A stretch of 63,997 nt of DNA, filler included, from Circinaria calcarea (Eukaryota): assembly GCA_051942165.1 (NCBI GenBank). It is 3 parts of 3 records of this genome, joined end to end, with 100 filler letters (N's around TTAATTAATTAA, not from the genome) between each part and the next. Parts side by side here need not be neighbours in the genome. Positions count along the whole stretch, not along the records: positions 21,537 to 42,966 come from JAVECS010000143.1; 2 more parts are not named here. One strand, written 5' to 3'. The notes beneath the pieces were generated by a model. It saw only the letters and a program-made list of their open reading frames with translations, did not search any database and was not told where the DNA came from. The position numbers and the translations under genes are program-made. The stretch's first letter is position 1, and every line of letters begins with the position of its first letter. Positions 24,901-37,716 of this stretch are shown here, piece after piece.

Positions 24901-27618
24901 GTTGATATTACGGTACATAATCACGAATACCTTGACACCTTCGCGGGCTTTGCGTTGCAGTAAGCGGTCTAATCGCCATTTTTGGCTTATCGCGGCTGGC
25001 CTCCTCATATAAAGCTCAGGACTAAGCCACCAATCATGAATGTAGATAACATCTTTGGCCATGCTGATAGCTCTAGACACATTCCACATATAATCTCTCC
25101 CGTCCACAAGCCATTGCGCGAACACGTTGGGTCGGATAGGAGCAAAACTATCAAAGCGGTTGCGGTTTGCCCAGGGCGTATTGGTAGACATAAAGCGTAT
25201 TGAGTCCTCGAATTGGTGAAGTTGGCGTTCGTTCTTTGCAAGGAGCCTCAATTTCCGCTCCGAGTTGTATATCTTAAGTCTATGATGCTGGGGGTGTTTG
25301 GCAGACTCCTTCGCGGACTTCGCGATATCTTTTGCCTTCTGATCTCGCATAGCTGGTCGTTTCTGTTTTGTCTGGATTCGAAAACTAGAGTCAACCAAAA
25401 ACACGTCGTATATGTTCATCTCCTCGGGCGAATCAACACAGACAACATAGCTATGACGAACAAGAAACCATTTGGGACCATGACGACCTTTGATTAGAGA
25501 GGGTTTCCAGGCCTTGCGGAAATCGACGCCTTTTCCAGACTGTATAATAAGATATCCCTCTTTCCCATGGTAACTACCCTCGGCAGCAAGACGTACACCA
25601 AGCGCAGAAAGTTCCAAGAATTTACATATCCGGTTACTCTCGGGGCGAAAAATGAGATACCTTATCATTTGCTGTAGATATACCTCGAGTTTTCGACGCT
25701 GTCGCTCTGCAAAAAAATCCTTTCGTGTCAATGTGCCGCCAGTAGCACCAGCAACTGCTCCAACGGTGTCAGTACCAGGCGGCTCAGGGGCTAAGCTAGA
25801 CTTTCGTCTCAAGATGTTTGTTGACGAAAGTCTCTTTCGTCGTTTTCCCGGTCTCTCAGGTCCACTCGCCTCCCCTCCACTCGGGCCAGTGGCGTCAGCG
25901 TCGGGATCATCTTCGCCTTCGGATTCGCTATCATCAACTCCGCGAACGCCTCGTAGATATGGAAATGCGCTCCTAGGGAAATGTGGGAGCTTTGTGCGGG
26001 TATCGTCTCCCCTTAGCTGGATGTACTTTTGAGCGCCAGCTAGTATTTTGTACCTCGCGTGGAGGTTTGCGAAGTCTCGTAGAGCGCGGTGAATGACCCA
26101 CTTCATGCGAGTGAGTCCATTACCATACTCCATTTCAATTCGGAAGACCATATGCCTGTCCCCCGATTTGGAATCTACCTGCCTGCTATCGGTAAGCTGA
26201 ACCTTTAACTGCTCTAGGAGGACGGGTATCCTCCTATGTCCATGTTCATCTCTCTGAAACATGCTGGCAAGAATGAGTGCTGCAGGTACTCCCGCCGTTA
26301 ACTCTGCCATCAGTTCAGCTGATTTGACATGATCAACAGTAGCATCTTGTTTCCGTCTTTGCCCTATCATTCTGATACCTGCTTTCAACTGCCGCCATTT
26401 TGCCGCGCTGAGCGACGATGTACGCTCGCCACGTATTTTCCAAGGGGAAAATGGGGTCCCATCGGGATTGTCACCGGAACCGCCGAAACCGGTGAGACGC
26501 CTGAAGTTACTCGGTCTTGGGGTGCTACTTTCCACTGGCATAGTCGGCCTACGAGCCACGTTGTAACTTAACCCTCGAGGGCTCTGCATCCAGGCACTTC
26601 CCCTTCGCCACGGGCTGTTTGGTGCTAGCCGATCTCGGCCTTCGTCTTCTGAGACACCCTGACGGTCCTCGGTAGGAACATCTGTCATTGTAGCTCGCCG
26701 TGGCAGGAAATATGGGCGAGAAGGGGTATCTGCCGAGACATGAGAACTGGAGTGAAAGATACTGGGTCTCCCGTCGCGCATAAACGGGGTCTTTGGGGTG
26801 GTGGGTGCCGTTTGTGTCCCCCCATCTTGCGGTCGTCGGCTTTTCCTCCTCCTGCTCCGCCCATTTGACTGTTGTATGTTATCTTCGCCTCCGCTTTGTT
26901 CTACATCTGCGTCTGCATCGACATCGCTCTGGTTCTCTTCGAGAGTACCCGCAAATCGAGGCTCTTGCGGATTCGACTCTGGGGTAAGTGTACCGTTAGG
27001 CTGCCGCTCATCGGCTGAGTCGGCGCCGACAGTAAAGGAGCTTGGGTTTCGAACGTGGGACGGAGGGCTGGACGAGCTTGCTAACGCTCGAAGGCGAGAG
27101 AAAAGGTTTTTTTGGCGGTCTTTCCCGGGCGTCCCTCCATCTCCAACATCCCACGAACCTGATTTTGGGTGTAAAGAATCCAGTTGTTCACTGTTCTGCG
27201 GAGGCCGTACAAACTGGACACTTCGGCGGGTAGGCGGAGTGGAAGTTCCCAGGTTCGTTTTCTTAGGGGTCTCAAATGCCGGTTCTCGAAGCTGGAAAAC
27301 GTTATCGGAGCCCCCCAGTGCTTGCGTGGTGTGCCCATTTTCATTTGCTGCCAGAGTTTCTAGTCCATCTTGTACGCCCCTTTGGACTACTATGTCACCC
27401 AACCTATTTGCCTGATCCATTGCTGTCTCTTCACGGAAGGGAAACCCATCGACGATCGAGGCAAATCTCACAGGACCATTGGCCTTTGGTTCAGTTCGCA
27501 GGGGTGCGAAACTAGTTTCAGGATGGTGATGCGACGTGTGATTTTGCAGTTTACGTGAGGTTTGAGTCGCATCGGAGTAATCACTCCAAGGCATGGGTGC
27601 AGCGTGAGAATCCCCCAT
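21963..27618 (-). CDS. SPO14: Phospholipase D1 (Spo14-type, PX/PH plus two HKD motifs)
   Basis: HHEKVCIVD and HAKCMIVD HKD motifs, PRMPWHD, IGSANINERS. Likely start MGDSH at 27618. Terminal exons WPYDW|LSREEAGGNWLYTVDQLAPLEIY|D*. Confidence 0.95.
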
Positions 27619-28176
27619 TGCCGTTCTTGGGATGCTGCACCTGTATTGTGTATATTCCGCTACCGTCTTTGAGGAATTGTTGCACACTCCATCTTGGACT
27701 CGAGGTACTGATACTCGCCCAACAAGATTTGCGTTGCAAGATATGGTTCAATGTAAACCTCATCTAACGTTCAGGCATCACGAGAAATGTCTTAAGTTGC
27801 AGGAAGTCCTCTTCGATTAGAGGCGGGACGTGTATGGCAAGCGCTAGAAACGGGGGCGATCTCTATTCTTCGCTCTGTATGAAAATGTCCTCTCGAGGTG
27901 ATAAGCTCTTGAGCGTTGTGACAAGATTAAATTTGCGTTGTCAAACTGCTTCTTAAACGCTGTGACAGATACTTATCAAAAGTACATTTTAAAGGGGAGT
28001 CGTGATCAAATCAAAGCATCCCCGGCCATCTGAGAAACTTTTGGCCTGTTTGTCTAATGACGGACTCTCCACGTGCCTCGGCATGACGTGCTTTATTTAC
28101 CCTACTTTCTCAAAACCCTAATAAGACAATCATTCCATTCATGTAGTAATCGAGTGTCAATCCTTTATCTTGGAGA

Positions 28177-29300
28177 ATGGCGACACCTAACCCGATGAAA
28201 CAAAGCTATTCAACTGAAACCCCGTCGATATCCAAGAAAACCTTCATCATAGCCGGCATATTGACGAATGTCTTTGGGCTTGCCGAGCTCCCTTCTGAAT
28301 CCAAAAGTGTAGCATGCCTCTGGCTGCTTCATCCTCGCTTACAAACACAAGCATGTATGGACCCTATAGCGTACTCTGTCGTTGCCGAATGGAATCAGAG
28401 ACTGGATCGGAGAAAAGATCGAACCCAAGCATTGGGCCTCATAGCTGTCACATTCGACCAGCGAAATCACGGATCTCGTGAGATTAAAAAATTAGCCAAT
28501 GAAGCGTGGAAATCGGGAAATGAGAGACATGCTCAGGATATGTTTTCTAGCTACCGTTTGTCCCCCCTTTACCTAACAGACACGCCATATCTTATGCGCC
28601 CGCAGACGGCACGGCCCTCGATACTTCTCAATTGATAACCTATCTCTCCTCATATGCCTTTCCGTCCTCCTCCCATACGATCCGCACAAATATGGTCCTT
28701 GGGATCTCCTTGGGGGGACATGCGGCATGGCACTGTATTCTCCACGACCCACGTATAACTACTGCTGTTATTGTTATTGGCTGCCCTGATTACGTTAGCT
28801 TGATGTCCGATCGAGCTCGTTTGTCGAAGCGCAAGACTTGGACAAAGAGTGATCCTCCCGGTGCTACATTTTTGGACTCTACGGATTTTCCCGATAGCCT
28901 CGTCAAAGCCGTGGAGAAATACGATCCGGCCGGACTCCTTTTAGACAAGGTCTCTGCAAGGAGTAACGAAAACTATGGGAGGAGGCCGTCAGAGGAAGAG
29001 AAAAAGAGGTTGATGCCCTTGATGAGGAGCACTTTGCAAGGAAAAAGAATTCTCAATCTGTCTGGGAAGGTTGACAAGCTTGTCCCCTACAAGTGTGGAG
29101 AACTGTTCATAAAGTGGCTTGAAAATGCTACGGCTCCAAACGGGTGGTTTTGCGATGGTGGTTTAGTCTTCGAGGATATTGTCTTTGAAGGGGTCGGGCA
29201 TGAGATGAGTCCTGCAATGCTAACAGAGGCACTTCGATTCATCACACAAACCTTGGAGAACAGTAAGGATACGGTAAGGGGAAGGTCGTCGAAGCTGTGA
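28177..29300 (+). CDS. Alpha/beta-hydrolase fold protein (2 exons)
   Basis: FDQRNHG, nucleophile elbow GISLGG, GKVDKLVP (Asp), GVGH (His). Intron 28556-28605 joins the two ORFs in frame. Confidence 0.85.
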
Positions 29301-29506
29301 CTTTAGTCTGCGGAAGGCAGCTTTTCCGTAGGAAGCTGAAGCTACGATGCCGCACGTCCATAGTGTTATCGCGGCAACCCAGGGTATATCGGAGTTAGAG
29401 AATAAAAATTAAATCCTTAGGTAATGCGGCTACCACAAAGGTGATAATACATCAAACGCAAGGACTTCGATATGCCAATCTCTGGTGACATAAATGATCC
29501 AATGAA

Positions 29507-31882
29507 CTAAGCAGCCTCCCGTCCCAAACGTGCCAATTCACCCATCACAAATTCCTCCGCGTTAACCAGTTCCGTGCTCCCATAGATGATTCTACGGCGG
29601 GGTGCACCAACAGCTCCTCCAGCTGCTCCACCACCACCAGTCCTCTTCGCCCAATCCTGGAGATTGGAGTACTCATCCATTGATCCACCACCAACAGTAA
29701 AGACAATCGCTTCGCTGAATCCGGCTCTCTTTTGGCCGAATGTGGCACCCACCCCTTGGCCAAACCCACCAATGTTATTTGATTGCTGATGTCTCGCTTG
29801 GGATGGAGCAGGCATATTCCCCCGGGCGTTGGCAGACCGGGGATCAAAGTACAGGTAGTTTTCTGTTTTCGCAATGGCGGATGAGGAAGCAGAAGCGGGA
29901 TCCATGATGGATTCTGTAATTTTGGTAATAGTAAGGTCCTTGTTGACAGGAAGAAAGTTTTTGACACCGGAAATAAGATTGTCAAAATTGGCACCTAAAG
30001 CGCCATCCCTAAGTCGATCAGTAAGTCGATTCCCAATAGCACTGAATCCACGAAAGAGCTCCGTGCTTGCAGATTGTTGGGCTGGTTGGGCTGGTGTCGA
30101 TGTCATCATGGTCATGCGTGTAACTTCTCGGACCCTAGGATTCTATCAGTTTAGGTACAAATGTAAATATCCAAGGGAATGTCACCTTTTCACGTATGTA
30201 AGGGCAGTGATGTCAGCTCCGGCTTTTGTCAAAGCTTCTTCAAACCGTTCCATATCTGATCTGGAAACTTCTTGCTCTGTACTTAAAAACCAAATGATAA
30301 AGAGTCTTAATTTATCAAGTGGCTCCTTTCCCTTTGCCTCATCATTGAGTAAATCTAGTATTTGAGTTTTGGATTGCTTCGTAATATTCTCCTCAAGTTG
30401 ATAGTAATTATCCAGCTGTCTGTCTTTGATACCTTTCAGCAGTGCCGTAGCAATGTTCATGTGCATGTCTAGAGTCGCCTTCCGTTCCCGCAATTCAGGT
30501 AATAAGGTAATGGCAGCTTTAAGGTGTTGCGCCGAAGCACTCGTATCGTTCTGTAGATCTTCAAGAGAAGAGGCTCCAGTTCTCCTGGTAATGTCGTTGG
30601 CGTCCTCTTTGTACTTCGTAAGCTCGGTATCGATATTTTCCGCTACTTGTGGGAACGGGAGACCTGCATTCCGGGACCAGAAGAAGTCGTTGGAGTTCAG
30701 GTCATAGGATTTCTTGATACTGCCCTTGGTGGGATTAGACTCGTCGATAGGTGTCTCAACAGTAATGCGATTCAATCGCATCTTGAGCACATCGTGAACC
30801 AGAGACTGATACGTCCATGAATGAGAGAGCATTGGAATAAGGTCAATACTGCGATCGAGGATAATGAGGACGGGTCGTGACGATGAAGTGCTAGTAGTTG
30901 AGGATGGTCTTTGGCCTTGATTCGAGAATAGATTGTCCTTTGAATTAAGAATATGATCCCTGAGCTTTCGGTCGAGCTTTGCGGCTATCATCTCTGCAGC
31001 GCCTCCTTTAGGACACCGTATGATATGTATAGCCCCTACCGTTTGTTTTAGCAAGGAACTACGGATTTATCTCTTGTCTGAATGACTTACCCATTGTCAC
31101 TACTACGCTAAAGAGCCCAGTTACTATCCGTTCAATCACTGAATCGAGAACCTCATCTTCAGCTTGTGCACTGTTAAGAGCCCAATATGTCTCTCTACCC
31201 ATTGCTAAACTGAATAGATCAGGCTCCCCTACGATGAAATTCAGGTACTGGTCGTAAACTTGCGCTATATTTTCCGATGTACCGGAAGCAGCAATTTGAG
31301 CAGCGAAGTCCTCCATCAAAGGACGAGCTATGGAGTAGAGAAAGTTAATGTAGGCATCGGAGTAGAGGTTCCGAGAAAGATCGGAGGTAATAAGTTGAAG
31401 GTTTTTAGCAGTAGGCTCGACCAAATATAGCACCGGAACATCTGGAATCTGATGTCGTTGAGAGTTTATATGGCTACAAAGCGGTCAGCCCCGGGAAAGC
31501 AATCATGGCCTTTTTCTACCTCAGGCAGATACCACAAGACGAAGGCTGATGCTGTACTTACAGGTGGATCGTGACTCCCCATCCCCGTAGATCGTTGACC
31601 CGAAGTACACTGCTTATTACGTCGCGCCCCAAGTCATCAAACACCAAGATCTTCCATATAGGATCTCCATCAGAGTTCAAGATAGGTGTAGATGGCGAGA
31701 CAAGGCCATTCGCAGCGGGGGGTTCATGGTGGGTAGCTGATGTCTCTGACGGGACATGATTAAGATTGAGGATCTTCTCGATCGAGGCTGATTGAAAGGT
31801 CAGTCCCTGAACTGCTCCGATGCTGATCCATGGGAGGCCTACCTACTTGCCGATCTCGTAAGGATTGCTGATGTATAACCAT
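29507..31882 (-). CDS. SLY1: Sec1/Munc18 family ER-Golgi protein Sly1 (multi-exon)
   Basis: [100 protein letters not shown]. Confidence 0.93.
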
Positions 31883-32698
31883 CCTGATTTGATCAAGACA
31901 CGTCTGCAGACAAAGGCATTTTCAGAAGTACAGCGAAAACAGATGTTGTGTCCTGAACAGACAAATAAATCAAGTGGAGAATCTCTATGAAGCTTTCTAA
32001 AACATCTTGTGAGAGACCTGGCCTTTGATCCGGCAAGCTTTCACCGAGGGTTATTCCGGGAATGGCGCTAAAGGTCTTAGCGCCTACACTCAAATTCAAC
32101 TTCGCAACGCCCGATTCACCCTCCTCCATCGTCTCACACACTTCACCCCAACCACAGGGAAACATAGTAAAGCAACTTAAAGGCTCCTTAATTACTTGTT
32201 GAATCGTGACTGGCCGGGTGATCATTTCTTTAAGATCAGCCAGGCCATCGTAAGGTAGGCTCGTGGGGTTTTGGACGGACTGGACGTGGATAAAAGGACA
32301 ACTGGGCATGTTCATATGGTAACCTTCAACACTTGATGGGTGACCAGGATTGCCACTTCTTACTTGCAAGGAGGTTCTCAAGTATATGAAACGCGTCTAA
32401 GATATCGTGTGTCCTCGGTGGGAACGTGGTCGTGGTCGTGGACGTGGACGTGGATAACGGTGTGGGTCATAACGAGTATCATCAGTACCTGACATCTGCG
32501 CTACATACAGCCCACATCCACACACACATAGCTACAGTTACGGTCAGCCATTTGTACCTGACCGGCAGAATTCAGAAAATCTCTTTCACAAGGAAAAGGA
32601 CCGAGGAAGCAGCGCTTGGACCCAACTTTAAAACCGCTCTACCCCCTACTAGCGCCGGATAGTAGCGAGTCGCGTGGAAACCTTGTTAAAGACAATCA

Positions 32699-35600
32699 AT
32701 GGATTCTATGCATCACAATCAAGGCCATCAGAGCCATCATGACCCTCAGAATTTGGATGGAAACGGAGTTTATAACTTCAACCATGCGCAAAATGACACT
32801 TTCAACTCGTTCTTCAATCCCGACCCCAATCCGTCATACACTACTCCGTGGGACCCAGACGTGTTAGTCGACCCGCAAATCCAAACCAGTGGTTTCGGTC
32901 AAGCCAACGACGCTTGGCATCAGAATCCTCTCAATACCACTACCGCTCTGCCAACATCAAACTATGCAGTTCAGCCGAGAGAATACAATCATCCGTACGC
33001 TAGGAACCCATCTGCGTTCAGATACGCCAGCTTCGACAACCACCCGAGCCATTCATTTACGACTCCGTCCTTTGATCCGAGTCTCTCATATGATGCAGAG
33101 CCATTCTCGAGTAACTCTGGGTATGACATTCCCATTCCTATCCCAAGAGGCTCAGGTTATGGGGCATCAAGTGTGCAGGGCCAGACGATCTCTCCACAAG
33201 CCTTGCAGGCTTATCCAAATGCTCTCGGACAGTTTTCATCTCAGGCAGAGAGTCAAGTATGTAAAAGCAGCGAGCTGCTATTGATCCTCAAATTGGTCTT
33301 CAAGGCTCATTTATCAATAGGACTCGCAATTTCCAAACGAGCCATTGTCTCTCCGGGGTGCGGCTGGGAACAGAACGTTTTCCCGTGCTGCTTACAACGA
33401 CCATCAAACCGGTTTACTCGCAGAAAATGATGGTTTGATTCGAAATTCTCTTTCGGATAGAAACCCTACAGCTTTGAACGGAGTTACGGACTCTGAGAAG
33501 TTCACCGGCTTCATTTTCTTAAGCGGTAGCACATCTGAGGCCGACGGAATACCAGGTTAGCTGGCTCATCTGACCGAATCTGTCGAATAAATTCTAATGT
33601 GCGATGTAGTCATACTTCCCAAAGTCAATCAACGTAAGTCGAAGAACGCAATGAGCCACAATGTGTCGAAGTGTAAGTTATTCATATCCCTCAAGGTGTT
33701 ATTCAGAGTTTTTGGGCTAATTGTATTCTGTAGACCTAGGTAACCTTCCCCAAGGCCCGGAACTTAAGCCCTTATTCAAGAAATTGAAAACGAGTATGTC
33801 TAGAAACGCTGCTACAGGGACTCCTGGATCTATGATGAGCCCATTAGATAGTCCATCAGTAGACTTGGGGTCTTCTTCCGCATCAGGTGGTGAACCAGAC
33901 TCTGACCAATCCGAGTCTGGATCGGGGCACGACAAGGCAGTTCCAGAATCCATACCCTTACCTCTAATTAAACCAAAAGATCCCATGGAAGCCATCAAAT
34001 ACGATGTCATTAAATCAGTCTGGTCGCCAAGCAAAGGAAACGTAGGGGCCACTGCCATTCGAACAGCTCTGGGAGAGTTTTGGAATATTGTGAAAAAGGG
34101 TCGTGATCAATGGAGGGCCGAAGTGGCTACTACGCAACAAGCCGAACTGAAGAAAGACCAGCCCAAAGTTGACCAGAGTATCTCCCGAGCTAACGAGAAG
34201 CGTCGGGTTCTGGAGAACATATTCCATGTCACGCTTGTTCATGGGCATCGAGACATAGTCGGAAGGTATGCATCCACCATTTCCTCCCTTTTTATACATG
34301 CTATTACACCTTTCATTCTTTAAATGCACCAGTAATGCGGATGCACCGGACTCAGGTTAAGACATTAAAGGGTATTGTGAAGTTTCGGTCTGGCGATCGT
34401 TTTTAAACAGACGCCACTGAAGTCCAACACCACTATGTGACAAGAGCAGAATGGTAGTTTAGAGTATCGAGTGTAAGGGCATAATGCCCATGACCCGAAT
34501 CACCACGAAGCTTAAGGGACTAGATATATTGCAGGGCCTAAGGGTTGTATCTAGTCCATGCCAGAAAGATCTTACCTAGGCCTTACTGCAAGCCCGCTCT
34601 ATCTTGTCAAACCCAAAATCCAGATTATCTGCAGAGAAAAGCACATAAGTGTCCCTGCAGGTTCACAATGCGCTGTCTTAAATGGTGTTGTTGTCTCTGA
34701 ACCCTGTTACACGTGCAATCCTATGTTAATCGTCAATTTCTCATTTTCAAGTTTTCAAGATGGAATCGAGCAACATACTAATATATCATAGCTTTGGACA
34801 CAATGAACCGCTACTGCTCGTATTTTACCAACTATTAGCCGATCGTTTCAAAGAAGGTGACTATAATGGGCTGGCTGTATCGGATTTACTTGAGGTAAAC
34901 CCATCAAAGTTCCTGCATGACACCATACTTACATATTTTTTTTTAGCTCATAACGAAATGTACGACCATAGATCAGCCGCTGCTTGAGAAAGTCAAGTTG
35001 GACAAGGTGCTTCTAAAACTCCTTAAAAGAGGCGACGATAAGATCAGGGCCCTATCACAGAAGGTGCTGGACAACGTGACCAGCATTACAAAACAAAAGG
35101 AACCCGATACCAAAACAGCCCAAGCTCCAATCAATTCGACATCAAAAGCGATAGGTTCCACCGTGGCCGCGGCATCCAGTCCACGGACTGCCGAAGCTGC
35201 CCCAATTTTGAAAAAACAGCGGGAGGGCTCATTCTCATCGGTGCAACCCCCGAAGCGAGCGATTGCAGCATCGCTGTCGAAACCCACCTCCGGACAGCCT
35301 ACGAGGCCTTTGAAAGCAGCATCTAAGGGGGCGCAGGTGACAAAGGCAGATATCAAGTCTGGGACGAGCCTTCCGATTACCAGCAATCCCGCCCCGAAAG
35401 TCAAGGTCAACCACGTGACTGCAAAGCCATCCACCTTTTTCTCAAGCTTACAGTCGGCCTCGAAGAAGCCGGGAACTTCTAACGCTGCTTTGAAAGCTGC
35501 ACAGAAAAGCGACAGCAAAAATGAGTATGTTCTATCCTAAATATTAAACGTAGTATGGTAGAGCTGACCCTTTCAGAAATTTATCAGAAAGTAAGCCGAC

Positions 35601-37043
35601 GATCACGCCAATGGTTCCGTCAGCTGCACCAAAACCCGCGTTCTCCTTTGCCGAGACTATGGCAAATCTGACCAAACCAAAAGAAGTCGCGTCAACCACA
35701 AAGTTAGAAGACAACAGACCACCAGAGACCGAAGAAGAAAAGTCCAAGCGATTGCGCAAAGAAGAGCGGCGTAAACTACGCGTGTCCTTCAAGCCAGAAG
35801 GTAGTCTTGTAGAGATTCGGACATTTGTCCACGATCCTGAGGAAGAGATGGGCCACGACGATAGCATGATTCGTGACGTAGGGGATATCGGCAGCGAAGG
35901 TCGCATGCTGAAAATGCACAAAGAACTCGACGCTATGGACGAAGATGAAGACAGCACAGCCGGCGAACAAACAATGGCAGCTTGGTGTGCTCCATCTCGT
36001 AGGTTTCCCGTTCTCTAACAGCTACCGCCGTTGCTGACCTGTGTTAAAGCGGTTGATTTCGGTGTCATCGCGGCAGAAGACCGTGAACGCACGTACGTAA
36101 GGCGAGGTGGAAAATTGGAGGCGAAAAGCCATGAGCGAGCAGTGCAAGAGCAGAGAGAGCTGACAACGCTCATGACCTTTTACTCCACGCTTTCTGATAT
36201 CCCGGCGACTCCTAGAGAGCCATTCGATCCTTTTTCGGGCAGCGTGACTGAAGAACGCGACTTCGGGTCACCACAGGACGAAACCAAGGTATGCTTGTAA
36301 AGTCTAATTTAGCATCTGAACATTGCTAACATTGGCGTATAGATACGGGAAGCCCAGTTTTATGCGAGTCAGAATCCTCAACTGCATTCCTACCAACCCC
36401 CGCTACCTGTGACAATGCAACAGACGCCGGATATCAGTGCTCTTCTCCAGATACTCAATGGACATCAACAAGTGCAGCAGCCACATCAATTCCAACAATA
36501 CCAACAACCTCAGCAGCCTCAGGTTGCTCCGGCTCCGGCTAGTGGTCTAGAGGCTATCTTCGCGCAATTCTCGAACTCTAATGCCTCTACCGCCCAGACT
36601 CATATTCCTCAGCAGTCTACTAGCGCCATGGACCCGAGCTTGCAGGCTGCGCTTGCTGCAATAAATCAACAAAGTCAACCTCAGATGGGATACGTACCGC
36701 CTCCAGCAGGGCAGACAACGGATCTTCAAGCTATCTTGTCGCAATTCAGCCAGCAGCCGACCACTCAGCTACAAGGCTATAGCTATCAAACCGCATTTCA
36801 AACTGACAATGATCGAAAACGCCCGTATGAGTACGATCGTAATGCGAATAATCAGTACTCGGACGGCAAGCGAGTCAGGGGCGACAGCGGGAAAAAGGTA
36901 TGTTCAATATCCATGGATGTAGAATGGTATGTATGCCGATGCTAATCTTCTACTAGTTCTTTGGTGTTCCTCGTGTTGTATGCAGGTTCTGGCAGGAAGG
37001 CAAGTGTAGAAAAGGAGACGAGTGTACCTTTCTACACGAGTAG
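32699..37043 (+). CDS. PNUTS/Ppn1-like PP1 phosphatase nuclear-targeting subunit (TFIIS-N-like region, RVxF motif, C-terminal CCCH zinc finger), multi-exon
   Basis: TIDQPLLEKVKLDKVLLKLLKRGDDKIRALSQKVL (TFIIS-N/LW-like), RRKLRVSFKPEGSLVEIRTFVHDPEEE (PP1-docking RVxF with PNUTS-like flank), Q-rich region, and last exon VCRFWQEGKCRKGDECTFLHE*. Confidence 0.7.
34325..34717 (+). ncRNA. Candidate structured intronic RNA element inside a 526-nt intron (34266-34791)
   Basis: Six or more nested helices read by eye, several with G-U pairs on the sense strand, plus a loop-to-downstream pairing (pseudoknot). Details in findings. Confidence 0.55.
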
Positions 37044-37716
37044 CCTCGTTTGCCCCCACTTTTGGCATCTAAGGCTTGCCCAATCCTTGGGGTCTGTCCG
37101 ACATTCAGCACTGGCATGGCGTACCCAGCTCGGAGATAGAAAGACATGATCGGCGTTTATTGTCCCACTTAGCGAGCATCTGGCGGCATTAAATCAGCAG
37201 CATCGGATGGCGTGCTTTGAGAGAGAGAGAGGAAGATGCTCTGTAGCTATGCTGTTTGCCACGAAATGTATCATAGATGGTTAATACCAATGAGAGGCTC
37301 GCAATCTCGGCTTGAACATGCCTCTTGAATGTGCATTCCGTAAGCTGTCATTGACTGTGACAATCGCAAACGGTCTACAAACGACTAACGTCCGGGAAAG
37401 CAGAAAATGCTCAACCTTCCCCACGGACGCGATTTCAATAACTACTTCTCTAGCAGTCTCCCGTGACACAATCCCACCATTCACAACTACAATCCTAAAC
37501 CCACCCCACCTCATCGTCTACTACCACGCCCATCAGGCCACAAACAGTCAGTTGAACCAGAACGGTAAAGCCTCTCTGTTTCACAAAAATCCAATACCCA
37601 CTAGATTCTCTACCACCCCCGAAAATCTGATAAACATGCATGCGGACCCGATCCAACCCAACCCAACCCATCCCATCTTCATCGCCATCCTTACCCGGGA
37701 AAATTTAGACCGAGCT

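Noticed and set aside
27619..27687. PLD N-terminal extension in the ORF track
   Set aside because: Arises from a GTG start call. The first ATG (27618) is the plausible eukaryotic start.
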